NCBI RefSeq assembly: GCF_037042905.1
Contig: NC_087263.1
Span: forward strand, 13,766,001 to 13,830,000
Reading direction: 5' to 3'
Length of the DNA: 64,000 nt
From: Lytechinus pictus
Lineage: Eukaryota
Position 1 is the stretch's first letter. The number at the start of each line of letters is the position of its first letter. The notes beneath the pieces are model-generated. The model searched no databases. It was given only the letters and a program-made list of their open reading frames with translations, and had not been told where the DNA came from. Shown here piece by piece: positions 11,717 through 47,463 of the stretch. The translations under genes were made by a program, and so were the position numbers.

Positions 11717-14700
11717 TTCAGTTTAGTTTATTTCCATTATTCATATACAGACATTAACATGCTTGACATGAGTATAACATAATTATATTGAGTTAAAATA
11801 AATCGTTATTGAGACAGAAGTTATACGCAATAAGAATTTAAATCAGTGAAAAATGGAGGGGCCTAAGTTGAAAGCAGAGCTTGTGAGTTATAGGCCCCAA
11901 TGGAAGGAGGTGATAAGACATAAGGCTATATAGCTATTAAAAATAACAAGGTAAAAGAAAAGCAAAAGTTTATGTACCAATTGGTTTAATCACATCTGTG
12001 GCACGCCCTGGAAAGAAAGTAATGTTTTAAAGGGAGGTATGAAGGTAAAATGGAGCTGCTGAAAGGTTTAGATATCTACTGCTGCCTGAACTGCATAATC
12101 ATTCAAAAAAGTATGTTTAAGTTTACGTTTGAATATAAACAATGAATTGGAGTCTGAAATGTCTTTGGATAGTCCGTTCCAGTACTTCGGTCCTGAGAAA
12201 GTAATTGTTTTCTGAGCAAAGGTTGTTCGAGTCAGTGGTAAATGATAAAATGTACTTTGTCGAGTTGCGTATGAATGAATTACATTTCGTTTAACAAATA
12301 ATAAGGTGACAATGGCTGGTAATTCATTTGTGGATAGCTGGAACATAAAAATTCCTAAATTATATCTATATAAGTCTGAGATTTTGAGAAGTTGATTTCC
12401 ATGAAAGTAACGACTTGTATGGGAAAGAAAACCAGCATTGTTTATGTTTCTAACCGCACGTTTTTGAATGACAAACAGCCTATGTAGTTGAGTTTTATTG
12501 CTATTACCCCAAGCAAGAATACCGTAATTGAGATAGGGCAAAATCAAAGTATTGTAAAGAGATAATAAAATTTTTTGGGGTAGATCATGTTTAAGTTTGT
12601 TTAAAATGCCTGTGTTTCTAGCCGTTAATGTACAAAGATAATTAATATGTGATTCCCACGATAGTTTGCTATCGATATAAATTCCAAGAAATTTTGTGGA
12701 ATCGACTTTAGTTAAATTTGTGTTAGCAATCAATATATCACCGGGTAAAGATTTGATAGTATTACTGAACAACATATAATGAGTTTTGTTAACATTTAAA
12801 GATAGCTTATTTGCATTAATCCAGGCTTGGACCATTTTCAATTCCTCGTTCAGGATTTCAAGGAGGCTGGTGGGGTTACGGTGGGAGAAAAAAATATTAG
12901 AATCGTCTGCAAAAAGAATAAACGACAAATTATCAGATGAATGTTGAAAATCATTAATATACAAAATAAACAATAGGGGGCCTAATAAGGAACCTTGTGG
13001 AACACCACATGATACTAATCTCGGGTAAGAGTCCTGTCCATTAATACTAACGAATTGTTTTCTGTCGGAAAGATAATTTCCAAACCACTCCAAGGCCTTT
13101 CCTCGAATCCCATAATGGGATAATTTATGCAGTAAAATATTATGATTGATAGTATCAAAGGCCTTGGAGAAGTCAAGGAAAATTCCAACAGTGTGAGACA
13201 TGTTATCTATGGCATGGGCTATCTTATCTAAGAAAACAAGTAATGCATGAGTTGTGGAGTGTTTCTGTCTGAAGCCAAATTGATTATTAGATAAGATATT
13301 ATGATATATTAAAAATTTCATTGTACGTGAGTATACTAGTTTTTCGAGAATTTTAGAGAGGGAGGTCAAAAGAGAAATAGGACGATAATTACCAAGATGA
13401 TCAGAGGCACCTTTCTTTAGTATTGGTATGACTTTGGCGATTTTCATTTTCTGTGGAACGATACCATTTGTAATGGATAGATTCAAGATATGTGTCAGGG
13501 GTGCAATAATGTATGGTATGATCTCTTTTAATACACGATTTGTTATACCATCATATCCTGGGCTTTTATTTTGTTTTAGATTATTAACAATGTCGATAAC
13601 TTCATGTTCTAAGATTGGGGTAAAGAATAAAGAATTTGGATTCGGGGATTTTAAAAAGTATTTAAAGTCTATGTCAGTTGAGGGAATGTTATGGGCAAGA
13701 TTAGGGCCAATGTTAACGAAATAGTTATTAAATTCCTCAACAATTTCGAGGGGATTTAGAATGTCATTGTTATTTATGCAGATTTTTGGTATTTGGTTGG
13801 ATATCTTTTTCCTTTTCAGAATATCGTTTATTGTATTCCAGGTACTTTTAATGTCGTCCTTGTGTTTAATGAATTTTTTCGAATAAAAGTTCTTCTTAGC
13901 AAGCCTTAACGAAGATGTTAATATATTACGGTAAGAAGAATACTTGGATTTATTCAAAGAAGTAGGGTTGTTTTTATATTTATAAAATAAATTGTTTTTT
14001 TTATTGATGCACTTTAATAAAGCCTTGGATATCCATGGACGCCTTGGGCGTTTTTTATAATTTGAATGTTTTTTTCGAATTGGGATACAAGAGTTAAAGT
14101 GATGCATAATTATTTCTATGAATTGTTCGAATGCGATGTTAGTATCAGTGCAGTGATAGATTGCAGTCCAATCAACTGTATCGAGTTCATTTTTTAAGCG
14201 GTTGATGTTGTATAGTGACAGATCACGTGATCCTATATTGTTTTTTGTTTTAGGCTTTGGATTAAGAATAGTATTAGGTATCAATGTAAAGATGGGGAAG
14301 TGGTCTGAGATATCACTAACTATAATTCCTGACTTAAAAATTGAAGTTCCTCCAACAAAAATATTGTCAATCAATGTAGCTGATGTATCGGTTATCCTGG
14401 TTGATTTGGTAATCGCTGGAAAGAAATGTTTAGATAGCATTAAGTTAAGAAAGTCATGACTATCAGTGTTTTGGTCACATCGGAGTAAGTCAAAGTTAAA
14501 GTCTCCCATAATAATGCATGTTTGATTATTCAGTATTTGTGCTGATAATAATGACTGTAATGTTTCAATAAAATCTTTAGGATTTGTATTTGGGGGTCTA
14601 TAGATTTCACCTATGATTATATTCTTTTTATGAGGAGAGTGTAATTCGACAAAGATAGTTTCTATAGTATTTGATATAATGGTTAGTTCGTCGTTTATTG

Positions 14701-15700
14701 TAAAATCAAACCCGTCGGGAATATACATTCCCACACCGCCACCTCGTTTCTCAGTTCTATTATTAGAGACAAAGGTAAATCCTTCTATATTATAAAGCGA
14801 GGAGGGAGTGTGTTTGAGCCATGTTTCTGCAATGCCGATCACTGACCACTGATATTTTAGTTGTTTAGCAAATGCTTCTAATTGGTCGAAGTTTCTATTG
14901 AGACTCCGAATGTTATATTGTAAAAGTATTATATTTTTATCATTGTGTGTATTTAAATTGGAGAAAAACATTTGCTCAGAAAAGTAGTCAGAGTAAGGGT
15001 TGTTACCCTCTACGGTTGTTGATTCGAAATCGAGACTAAGTTCAGTAGTTTGGGGGTTAGGATATGCTTCAGTTGACTGAAGGTTCTGAAAAGATTCAGA
15101 ATTAGACAGCGAAGAATTTGATGGCAAGGATCCGGCAGTTCTCTGAACAATAGTTGCTAGTTCAGGCGCAGAATGAAATGTATTAAGGCCACTCGTCATA
15201 AAATGTATGTGTTAACACAAATTGCATGAGAGCAGGGCGGGTAAAATATACCGAAGGAATTCCAAGGCGCACGGCAGATGTGAATAATAATAGTACATGA
15301 AAAACTATGAAAAGCAAACTAGTACATGTGTTGTTAAGATTGGTTTGATCTGTATATAAAATGGAGATTGTAACTGAATAGAAGGTGTTCAAAGGGAAAT
15401 ACCCATAGCCTAAAATAAAAAAAATGGCTGAAACGCGTAATCCAAAAATGACAATGGAACGCATGATATTGGTTGAATCAATATACTGATGAGGGGTGGT
15501 CCAGCTACCGCTAAGTTCCAAATTTTGAGAAAAGATAATTGGTGGAAAGTTTTACAGCATGGGAGTTACGACAGTGTCGTTCATTTGTAGAAAATCAATG
15601 GTTATCATAGGAACTAATATTATTTAAGGGAATTGTCAAAACAAAACAACACAAAAATATAAACTTGAGTGGAATATACACCAGTATTGTGAAGTAAATA
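11717..15700 (-). mobile_element. Non-LTR retrotransposon (CR1/L2 group); no ORF1 seen, 5' boundary approximate
   Basis: ORF2 is followed by a ~350-bp 3' UTR ending in AATAAA and a short aaact-type tail near 11720. No TSD found. Confidence 0.85.
12068..15199 (-). CDS. LINE ORF2: AP-endonuclease plus reverse transcriptase (CR1/L2 group, Crack/Daphne-like), 1043 aa
   Basis: APE motifs YNIRSL, IAETWL, GGGVG, IYRPP, MGDFN, LIDNIF, SDHFPI. RT motifs [45 protein letters not shown]. No stops or frameshifts. Confidence 0.95.
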   Translation of the reverse strand: MTSGLNTFHSAPELATIVQRTAGSLPSNSSLSNSESFQNLQSTEAYPNPQTTELSLDFESTTVEGNNPYSDYFSEQMFFSNLNTHNDKNIILLQYNIRSLNRNFDQLEAFAKQLKYQWSVIGIAETWLKHTPSSLYNIEGFTFVSNNRTEKRGGGVGMYIPDGFDFTINDELTIISNTIETIFVELHSPHKKNIIIGEIYRPPNTNPKDFIETLQSLLSAQILNNQTCIIMGDFNFDLLRCDQNTDSHDFLNLMLSKHFFPAITKSTRITDTSATLIDNIFVGGTSIFKSGIIVSDISDHFPIFTLIPNTILNPKPKTKNNIGSRDLSLYNINRLKNELDTVDWTAIYHCTDTNIAFEQFIEIIMHHFNSCIPIRKKHSNYKKRPRRPWISKALLKCINKKNNLFYKYKNNPTSLNKSKYSSYRNILTSSLRLAKKNFYSKKFIKHKDDIKSTWNTINDILKRKKISNQIPKICINNNDILNPLEIVEEFNNYFVNIGPNLAHNIPSTDIDFKYFLKSPNPNSLFFTPILEHEVIDIVNNLKQNKSPGYDGITNRVLKEIIPYIIAPLTHILNLSITNGIVPQKMKIAKVIPILKKGASDHLGNYRPISLLTSLSKILEKLVYSRTMKFLIYHNILSNNQFGFRQKHSTTHALLVFLDKIAHAIDNMSHTVGIFLDFSKAFDTINHNILLHKLSHYGIRGKALEWFGNYLSDRKQFVSINGQDSYPRLVSCGVPQGSLLGPLLFILYINDFQHSSDNLSFILFADDSNIFFSHRNPTSLLEILNEELKMVQAWINANKLSLNVNKTHYMLFSNTIKSLPGDILIANTNLTKVDSTKFLGIYIDSKLSWESHINYLCTLTARNTGILNKLKHDLPQKILLSLYNTLILPYLNYGILAWGNSNKTQLHRLFVIQKRAVRNINNAGFLSHTSRYFHGNQLLKISDLYRYNLGIFMFQLSTNELPAIVTLLFVKRNVIHSYATRQSTFYHLPLTRTTFAQKTITFSGPKYWNGLSKDISDSNSLFIFKRKLKHTFLNDYAVQAAVDI

Positions 15701-17889
15701 AGTATCAATGCATGAGTTCAAGTTACTAGATTTTAGATTTTTTCATCTGTAAATGATGTGCGCAATCTTGGGGCACCTTATCTGTCAATGGTCCTAACTG
15801 TACTTAGAGGACTCTGTGATGATATTTTTATCATTTTTACATTGTACCAGGGGTATTTTTATTCACGGAGCCTAGACAAGTCTCTGTTGCCTGTAGAACT
15901 TGGTACACAAAGATGGATTTCCGTAAAAAGTCCACCTTTCCCACAATAATTTTTGGGCAAACATTTAATTTGTCCAATTTGTAAGCCTTTGTAATCTAAA
16001 TGTAAAAAATTAAGGCTTAAGAAATGTTAATTGTAAGCAGGTAAACATTTCAAAGGATCACTTGCTTGCAATTCCCAAGCTATATAACACAATGACATGA
16101 CCTTTAGCTGGAGTGACGTCCATATGCAAGAAAATACAGAGAGAATTGGTGCAAATGCATAGCTGACTGTGCTAGTATTAGATTCCAGGCTGACGTGTAT
16201 CGGTTTGGGCGTTCTAATGACAAGTTTAGAGTGTAATTTGGCGCTAATACTAGAGTTTCGCAACGGTTGAACTGGCGATGCCAGAAAACTAATGTCACCT
16301 CAAAATTTGTCAGATTTTTTTGCCAAATATCTATTCAATTTAATGTGTTCTAAAACTACTAAAGATTAAGTATAAGAATAATAATATATTCATAGGCCTA
16401 CCGATAGTAAAATTAAAAAAAATAATGTAAGGCCTAACTTAACCACATTTAGGGCCTATTACTATTGTATATTTAAAGCTTTTATACAGATTGTCTTTAA
16501 TTTGTGGAAGTTAAAAATCAAGATGATGATTAGATCTAGAATTCTCAGATCTGAAAATTAGACCATAACTTACCTTAAAAATCCTGCAAAATTTTCTAAA
16601 TGCCTCATTTTGCCAGCCACATTTGAAAGGGTTCCTGCCCATTACGAAAGCTATGCACTTTAAAAGATTCATATTATTATTGTTAAAAAGACAAAAATTG
16701 AAGTGACATAAAGTAAGCTGCAAACAGTTGCTGGATACTCTTTGCATTAATATGTTCCTCACACTGACACTGCTGTTACAGTTCCATGTAAAAATTGAAC
16801 ATTGAAATTGCATGCACATTAATGAGTGGCACAAGCGAAGAATTACTTGTAGGACCCTTAGGCTTACTACACCATATATTTTGCGTCTTACCTACTGTGC
16901 ATGTGCCATGGCTGGGACATGTACTCGTAGATTTTGCAATTTCTTGGCATGATTGAGGTTAATATTTTAAATTTTTTTTCTCTCTCTTTTTTTGCAGCCC
17001 TGGTAGAAGCACCATCTTGATACTATCATTCAAACTCTCATCAGCTTTATCATTATAGGTGGACTAAAAGAACAATATTCATGCAGATATAATGGTGAGT
17101 ACAAATTTATCCTTTTTGGAAGGTATTTTTTATTATTATTGTGTTATTTTGATTATTTACATGTGCATGAACATGAGATGCAGTTAAATAATTTTGATTT
17201 TGTAACCACTCTGATACAAAGCTTGTGTAATGCTCTTACAAGGTTCATGCTGTTGTCAATTCAAACGTAATAGATAGGCATAAGTGAAACATCAACACCT
17301 AATGTGCATTTATGATCACATCAGAATTGATCTTCGTTATGTGAAATTGGCAACTTGTAATTTCTTATTCAAACTGATGGAATTATCCCATAACCATTTA
17401 AAACACATTTAAAAAAAGCATGAATTAAAATCATGTTTAATTAAAATAAATATTTTTTTAAAAAAATAAATTTACTCTAAAATGTCCTTCCCTATACAGA
17501 GATGGTTTGGAGGTGCAGCAGATCTTGAGGGCATCAAGCCCCCTCCCCGGACTTGACTTTACATGTTAATATTTGAAGTATAAATATGTAACAAACCCCA
17601 CATTGTTTTTTAATCATTTTTTAAAAAGTTTGGAAATTGATATTGAAACCATGTAGTTTTTAATGAATATTAAATAGTTAATGCAGGAAAAGCTTTTATG
17701 TTTATCTTCTTCTGTTATTTTTGCAGATGCCTTAAGTTGAAATGGAAGGTGTCCTGAATCTGCACCCATTCATCTGGTTTAGTAACTCCTTTCATAGTGC
17801 TATTGGAACCTGCTCCCTACCAGTATAACATCAAACAGATTGGAAGAATAAAGGCCAATGGGAAGTGCCTTTTATATTTCTACTTGCCA

Positions 17890-18330
17890 CAAAGCAGTCC
17901 ATGGTTTAGCGCAATCTAAACTGGACTATTGTAATGCTCTTCGTGCTTGAATTAGGGTGATCTGGACTGACTGCAGATAGTACAGAATGCTGCATCTATT
18001 GTGCCATTTGCCATACGCCAACTTCGCTGGCTGCAAGTCAAGGAAAGGATATACATGAACATCAGTGTCCGTCTCCTGATTTTCAAAGTCAATGACAGAG
18101 ATCCAGATTACATGTATTATAAGGAATCCCTTGTGCGTCATTTTCATTCTAGGCGCACTTCCCTTTTAATTTTTGTGATCATTACGCACCTACAAATTAG
18201 CTACTGGTGATGCAACTTTCTCCACTACTGCTCCAAGGCCATGGAATTAGCTCCTTCCTCTCCTCCAGTTGTCAACAACCTTGGATCAATCCAAATACAA
18301 TTTGAGAAGACCTACCATATTCCTGATCTT
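17890..18330 (+). mobile_element. Degenerate L2/CR1 LINE 3' fragment
   Basis: Frame-broken AVHGLAQSKLDYCNAL...VQNAA...QLRWLQVKERI...LLIFK motifs. Confidence 0.7.
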
Positions 18331-18944
18331 TGCTCTGTACTTACAACAATACTGTCACTGCCTGGTAATTTGAATTTTTTAAAATCTCATGTGCTGACTA
18401 GGATGGCGTCTCAATTCATCCAAATTAGACAAGGGATAATAAAGTAATGTATGACATTCTAACCTCTGCATTATTTTGGTGAAAGAGCTCTAAGCATATG
18501 CAAGTAGCAAGCTGATGATGTCATACTGACGTACATTGTACATGTACACGTATCCCCAACTTATTATTTTGTATATAAAATTGTGCATTTAATTTTGTTT
18601 ACCAAGAATGAAACAAATCGGATTGTAAACTGTATTGATGTGACTTACCTGTATTGATTATTGCTGGAAGTTCTTTTGCTACATGGGATTGGAAGACATA
18701 CTTATTACACACATGAAGTAAATTATTATTTTATCTGGTAACATGAGAACAAAAAAAATGTGGGCATGATATCATAAACTTACATGTATCTACTTGCATG
18801 TGTTGATGACCAATATTTTTGTAATTATTATTTTTTTTTTTTTATCTGATTTTGATAAAATTTTCACTATTTTGCATGGTAAAAATTACTTTATTTTAGA
18901 TTATGTTGAGCCCGTATCATATACTTGTACAAGTACAACTTTAA

Positions 18945-19325
18945 AGATAAATTACCAGTTGTAGTAACAATCTTAAAATGAGTTCGAACAGAATCCAATA
19001 GAATAACCAGCAAAATATAAAAGATATGTGCCATAATTATAGCTCGGGAAGAAAATGTGTAATTGCTGAGAAATGAGCAAAATAAGCATGTAATTCTATC
19101 AAATGTCAGGTATTTTTCAAATCAATCATAATACACTGTCCTGTCCCACATATGCTTTTCTGTGTTAGTGATCATCAGAATAATTGATTTTAAGTTCAAA
19201 ATTAGTAATTTTACAAAGATACAAGTTTACATTAATGTACCAGATCTAGAGATTATGTACAATATTTTGACAATTTCTCATGAAATAATTGTTTGCTGCA
19301 ACTGCTGTCTTTTTAATACCTCTAA
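18945..19325. mobile_element. Kolobok/T2-type MITE; related inverted copies at ~57105-57505 and ~57880-58278
   Basis: Starts TTAA|agataaattaccagttg; shares the gtaccagatctaga core with the other copies. Confidence 0.6.
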
Positions 19326-19592
19326 GTGATAGTGTAATACAAGCACAAACTTTTCTTAAGAATTAATGTACATGTATGATTCTTTCACCCAAATTTACAT
19401 GCATTGATACTGTTGACTACTTGCCAAAAGTTCCTGCCAAAAGCCTTTTTTTTTTTTACGATGTACATGCTTTTATAGACGACCTGCCAAAACATTGTAT
19501 TGTATATATATTCAAGGACCAACCAAAAAGATGAATAAAATGTTTGAAGGAAATTGAAATTAACTTTAAAAATGATAGCTGTCAATGCAGTA

Positions 19593-19882
19593 CAGGGTTC
19601 CCACAGTCATGGAAAATCCTGGAAAAAATTGGTCATGGAAAGTCAGAGATATGTGAAAAGTCATGGAATTGCATTTACCTCTTGGCTATGACAGCTTTCT
19701 AGTTTTTTATGTCTCAGAACTCTCATACTCTGCGATTGTACTCTACTATTATAATTGGTGTTCATGATCATAACATGTCTGATTTTGTAAACTGTGCCAG
19801 AAAGGAATTAAGTCATGGAAAGCAGCAATTTAGTCATGGAGAGGTCATGGAATTCTGTTTTCAAATTTCTGTGGGAACCCTG
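19593..19882. mobile_element. hAT-type MITE
   Basis: TIR cagggttcccacag / ctgtgggaaccctg with internal agtcatgga repeats; TSD not preserved. Confidence 0.6.
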
Positions 19883-19962
19883 AATAGGTTTGTGCACTTG
19901 ACACAGTGTGCACTACAGATGAACTTTGTAATGCCATGATATAAACCAGTACAATATCTTAA

Positions 19963-20695
19963 AGCAAAATAAAACCCAAAATATAATACCACATGATACC
20001 ATTGGTAAATACAGGACAATGAAAATGAATCCACTCATATTCCCCCAATCCGATTTCCCAGTATGGAGTACCACCTTTTCAAAGTTGGCATCTTCTGGTT
20101 CGAAGTCTATGGATGGAGATTATTCCGTCAGCGACGAACTACATCTCTAAACATTTGGGCATTATATATTCTATTTCATCGATAATAAATCAAATGTACA
20201 GATAAAACTCATAAAATATTAATTAAAATATGTTTGATATTATATGATAGGTTCAAATTACGACTTGATGAGTTTTAATGATAAAAATAACACCCTAATC
20301 TACGATTTACAAATTGGCAGCGAAAATCAATCAGAAATTGGGGTGTAATTTTTATCATTAAAACTCATCAAATTGTATTTTGAACCTACCATATATTAAA
20401 CAAATTTTAACTAATATTTTTATGAGTTTTATCTGTACATTTGATTTGTTATTGATAAAATAGAATATATAATGCCTCAACGTTTAGAGATGTAGTTCGT
20501 CGCTGATGTAATAATTTTCTAACTAACCCCGCGAAAATGGCGACCTCCATCCAGAAACTTCGAACCATACTGTAAGAGGCCAACTTTGAAAAGGTGGTAC
20601 TCCGTAATTGGATTAGGGTATGAGTGGATTCATTTTGATTGTCCTGTATTTATCAATGGGATCATGTGGTATTATGTTTTGGGTGTTATTTTCCT
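19963..20695. mobile_element. Palindromic Kolobok/T2-type MITE
   Basis: TTAA on both flanks; two ~340-bp arms are reverse complements around a short loop at ~20300-20337. Confidence 0.8.
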
Positions 20696-22316
20696 TTAAT
20701 TCAGATATTACATGCCAGGGTATTGTCATAGTTTTCATTTTTGGTGCGTAAATTGATCAAATTATTCGTTCCTTTGAACACTATTCTAAACTGAGTGGAC
20801 TCCAAATACATATTATCATCTCTCGTCTATTTCTACTTGCCCTTCGGCCTTGAAGTAAACTTGGGATAATTATGCATTTTGTTATACGCAATTTTGAGTA
20901 CAGTGCACTTTGCCGCAGCTACTTATATGATATTACCTATTGTAGACACATCCTTATGTTTTGTTCATTTTCTTAAAAACGATTAAGAGTTTAATCATTT
21001 TTGTCTTTAAGCATAAAACAAAGAGTAATCAGTCCATTCTGTATGTGTGACCTGCAAAAAAAAATACAATGGTTGTTAATTTGGTTTGCTGAAAAGCCTG
21101 ATAGCCTTTGAGGTAACTTTTTAAAGTATTTAGAAGAAATGTATCTTTTTTAAAAGTATTTATATGCACTGTAATTTCTTTGATAGTTACTGTTATGTTA
21201 CACTGTTTGTACAGTAAAGCAGCTGTTATACATTTTTTGTCAATAGCAAATGTAAACCAGTATTGTAAATTGATGACTCTATGAGCTAAATACCAGTACT
21301 TTCTATATCACTTGTAAAATCATTTGTTGTTTGTTCATTGAAGGTGTTGTATTTTCTTAATCTTATAAAAGTCCATAGGGTCATGAACACATTCTACTGC
21401 TACCAAAATCATACCCATGATCTGTGATGTATCTAACCAGTTACCACACACACATTGCAACATTGCAACACACCAGTTGCTACATACATTATCATGCATC
21501 AGTTATCACACATACCATCACACTAGTTACCACACACATTTTGGGTAATGACTCTGATGCATGGTATTATGTGTAGTATGTACAATATGTGTGGTAACGT
21601 GTGTGGTAATTGTAATGCATGTGGTAACTGGAGAGTGTTTACCACACACCATTTACCACACGAATTACCTCATATTTTACCACACACCAGTTACCACATG
21701 CATTACCACACACCAGTTACGTAACTGGTGTGTGGTAGTGTATGTGGTAACGCGTGTGGTAAATCGTGTGTAGTAATGCATGTGGTAACCGGTGTGTGGT
21801 AAAATGTGACGTAATTTGTGTGGTAAGGCGTGTGGTAAAATGTGAGGTAATTCGTGTGGTAAATGATGTGTGGTAACGCATGTGGTAACTGGTGTGTGGT
21901 AAAATGTGTGGTAAATGGTGTGTGGTAATGCATGTGGTAACTGGTGTGTGGTAAATGGTGTGGTAACTGGTGTGTGGTAATCTATGTGGTAAATGGTGTA
22001 TGGTAATGCATGTGGTGACTGGTGTGTAGTAACCGTGTGGTAAATTGTGTGGTAACCGGTATGTGGTAAAAATTGTTACCATAAATTAATCCCTTGTGTG
22101 GTAAATGTTACCGTATATTAATCCATTCATGTGGTATTCCTGTGGTAATGTTGTGTGGTAAATGTTCCAATTTACCACAGGACAATACCACACGACATTA
22201 CCACACAATACCACAGGACATTAAGACAGCATTACCACACAACAATATATGTGGTAATCGTGTGGTAAAGTCCTATGGTAATTATATGGTATTACCACAG
22301 GACATTTTTGTAAGGG

Positions 22317-22472
22317 GCAGTTAGGATTTCCAGTTGCCCAACTGGTTTCAATTGGTTTCAACTGGAAATTGTTAAATTCCAGTTAAAACCAATTGAAACC
22401 AGTTAAAACCAATTGAAACAAATTGAAACCAGTTGGAAATCCAACTGGTTTCAATTGGATTTTGGTCCTGGG
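22317..22472. mobile_element. Terminal fragment of a second A-family element (A'), inverted relative to A
   Basis: Near reverse complement of 394-540, ending ttttggtcctggg at 22472. Confidence 0.8.
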
Positions 22473-23330
22473 AATGAAAGACTCGATGTCCGAGCTGATA
22501 TGTTTTGTATATTGCCGACTTCGAAACTTGATATTTTAAGCTCGATCATTCTTTTCAAAGTGGGGGGTCTGAGCCAAAAGTGGGGGGGGGGGCTTGTTTT
22601 TGTACACGGTTTTGGAAACTGTGGGGGGCTGAAGCCTCCAGCCCCCCCCCCCCCCCCGCGGCCCCTGCCACATCAGCCTATTGAACTAGGATATGAATCT
22701 CGAATCTCGTCAAACAGGCAATGCGAGCGCGACATATATATAGTGTCATAAAATATATTTTTCTTCCCCTCAATCACCTTATGACATGTCGATCTTCCTC
22801 CTCTTATCATTATTTTCCTCTTCTATTTTTTTCCTTTTTTTATCTTCCCCCTTTTTTTTTTGGTCCGCCATTTTTTCAGAGGGGGGGGGGAGGGCACACC
22901 AATCTCAGGGGGCACGCCCCCCGGCCCCGTTGCTAGAAGCAGCTGTCTCTCTTCAAATTTATTCACCACTGCCACACGTGGTATCATTACAGCTCGTCCT
23001 ACTAATGACTCTCAGTGGCTCGAATGATGGCTCGAATTATTTAAGCCCATGTGAATTACAATTTACAAATGAAGTAGGAAAAATATATTAATATTATTCG
23101 ATTCAATTTTCAAAATGTTCTGATAATATCGAATTTATCTTGCTTTTTTTCACGACAAATTTCATTAAATGTAGGACCAGCTTGCTTGTTTCACTATACT
23201 ATTTATGTCGACCTTACTACTAGTGCTTGGCGAATAAAATTTCGATTTATTCTGACAGAGAGTTGGCCGCATCGACGAGACCCTTTCCGCTCGAGAGCTC
23301 GCTCGTCAACATCTTGCATGCCTGGTTTGG

Positions 23331-23366
23331 TATAAATAGCTGTGATCAGTCCAACAACATCATTAC
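23331..23366 (+). promoter_or_regulatory. Candidate TATA box (TATAAATA) and Inr-like TCATTAC for TALDO1
   Basis: TATAAATA at 23331-23338 and TCATTAC at 23360-23366 are at canonical spacing, in a CpG-containing stretch just upstream of the ATG. TSS not verified. Confidence 0.45.
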
Positions 23367-23369
23367 GGT

Positions 23370-47144
<23,775 letters not shown>

Positions 47145-47463
47145 ACATTGTTGCCGTAGCGACAGAATTGTAGATCGTCTCCAGAGCGAACAGGGGTAGT
47201 ATAGCATTTTGCAAGGGAAATATGTGCACAAACTGTAGAGGTTTGCTACTGAAAAGTTGGAGTTTTATTGAAAGAGAAAGAGTGAGAGAGAAGGGAGGAG
47301 GTGGGGACTTGCGAGTCTTTAAACCTTTTCTTCCTCATCATGTCTTCGATCCACACTACATTGATTTAGTGCACTTGAGAATATGATGTGAAAATTATCA
47401 TTTAGGGTTATTAGATGAAGATATCGTGAATTTCTCCATAGTGAGTAAAAAACTTTGATGATG

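Larger units (their letters stand above)
2689..22316. mobile_element. Large composite EnSpm-like element 'C' with tgtggta/taccaca arms (2689-3010 and 21430-22316); left terminus outside the window
   Basis: The same repeat motif is present at both ends; the right terminus is ...ggacatttttgtaaggg. That both arms belong to one element is inference. Confidence 0.55.

Noticed and set aside
15183..15521. 112-aa ORF upstream of ORF2 as a possible LINE ORF1
   Set aside because: Too short and no recognisable ORF1 motifs (coiled coil, RRM, PHD or esterase).
21561..22324. His/Thr-rich and Val/Cys-rich ORFs
   Set aside because: Translations of the taccacac/tgtggta arm repeats of element C.
394..22472. 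One 22-kb element bounded by the matching termini at 394 and 22472
   Set aside because: The end at 394 already pairs with 2344 through a TG TSD. The flank after 22472 is AA, so it more likely belongs to a separate copy.
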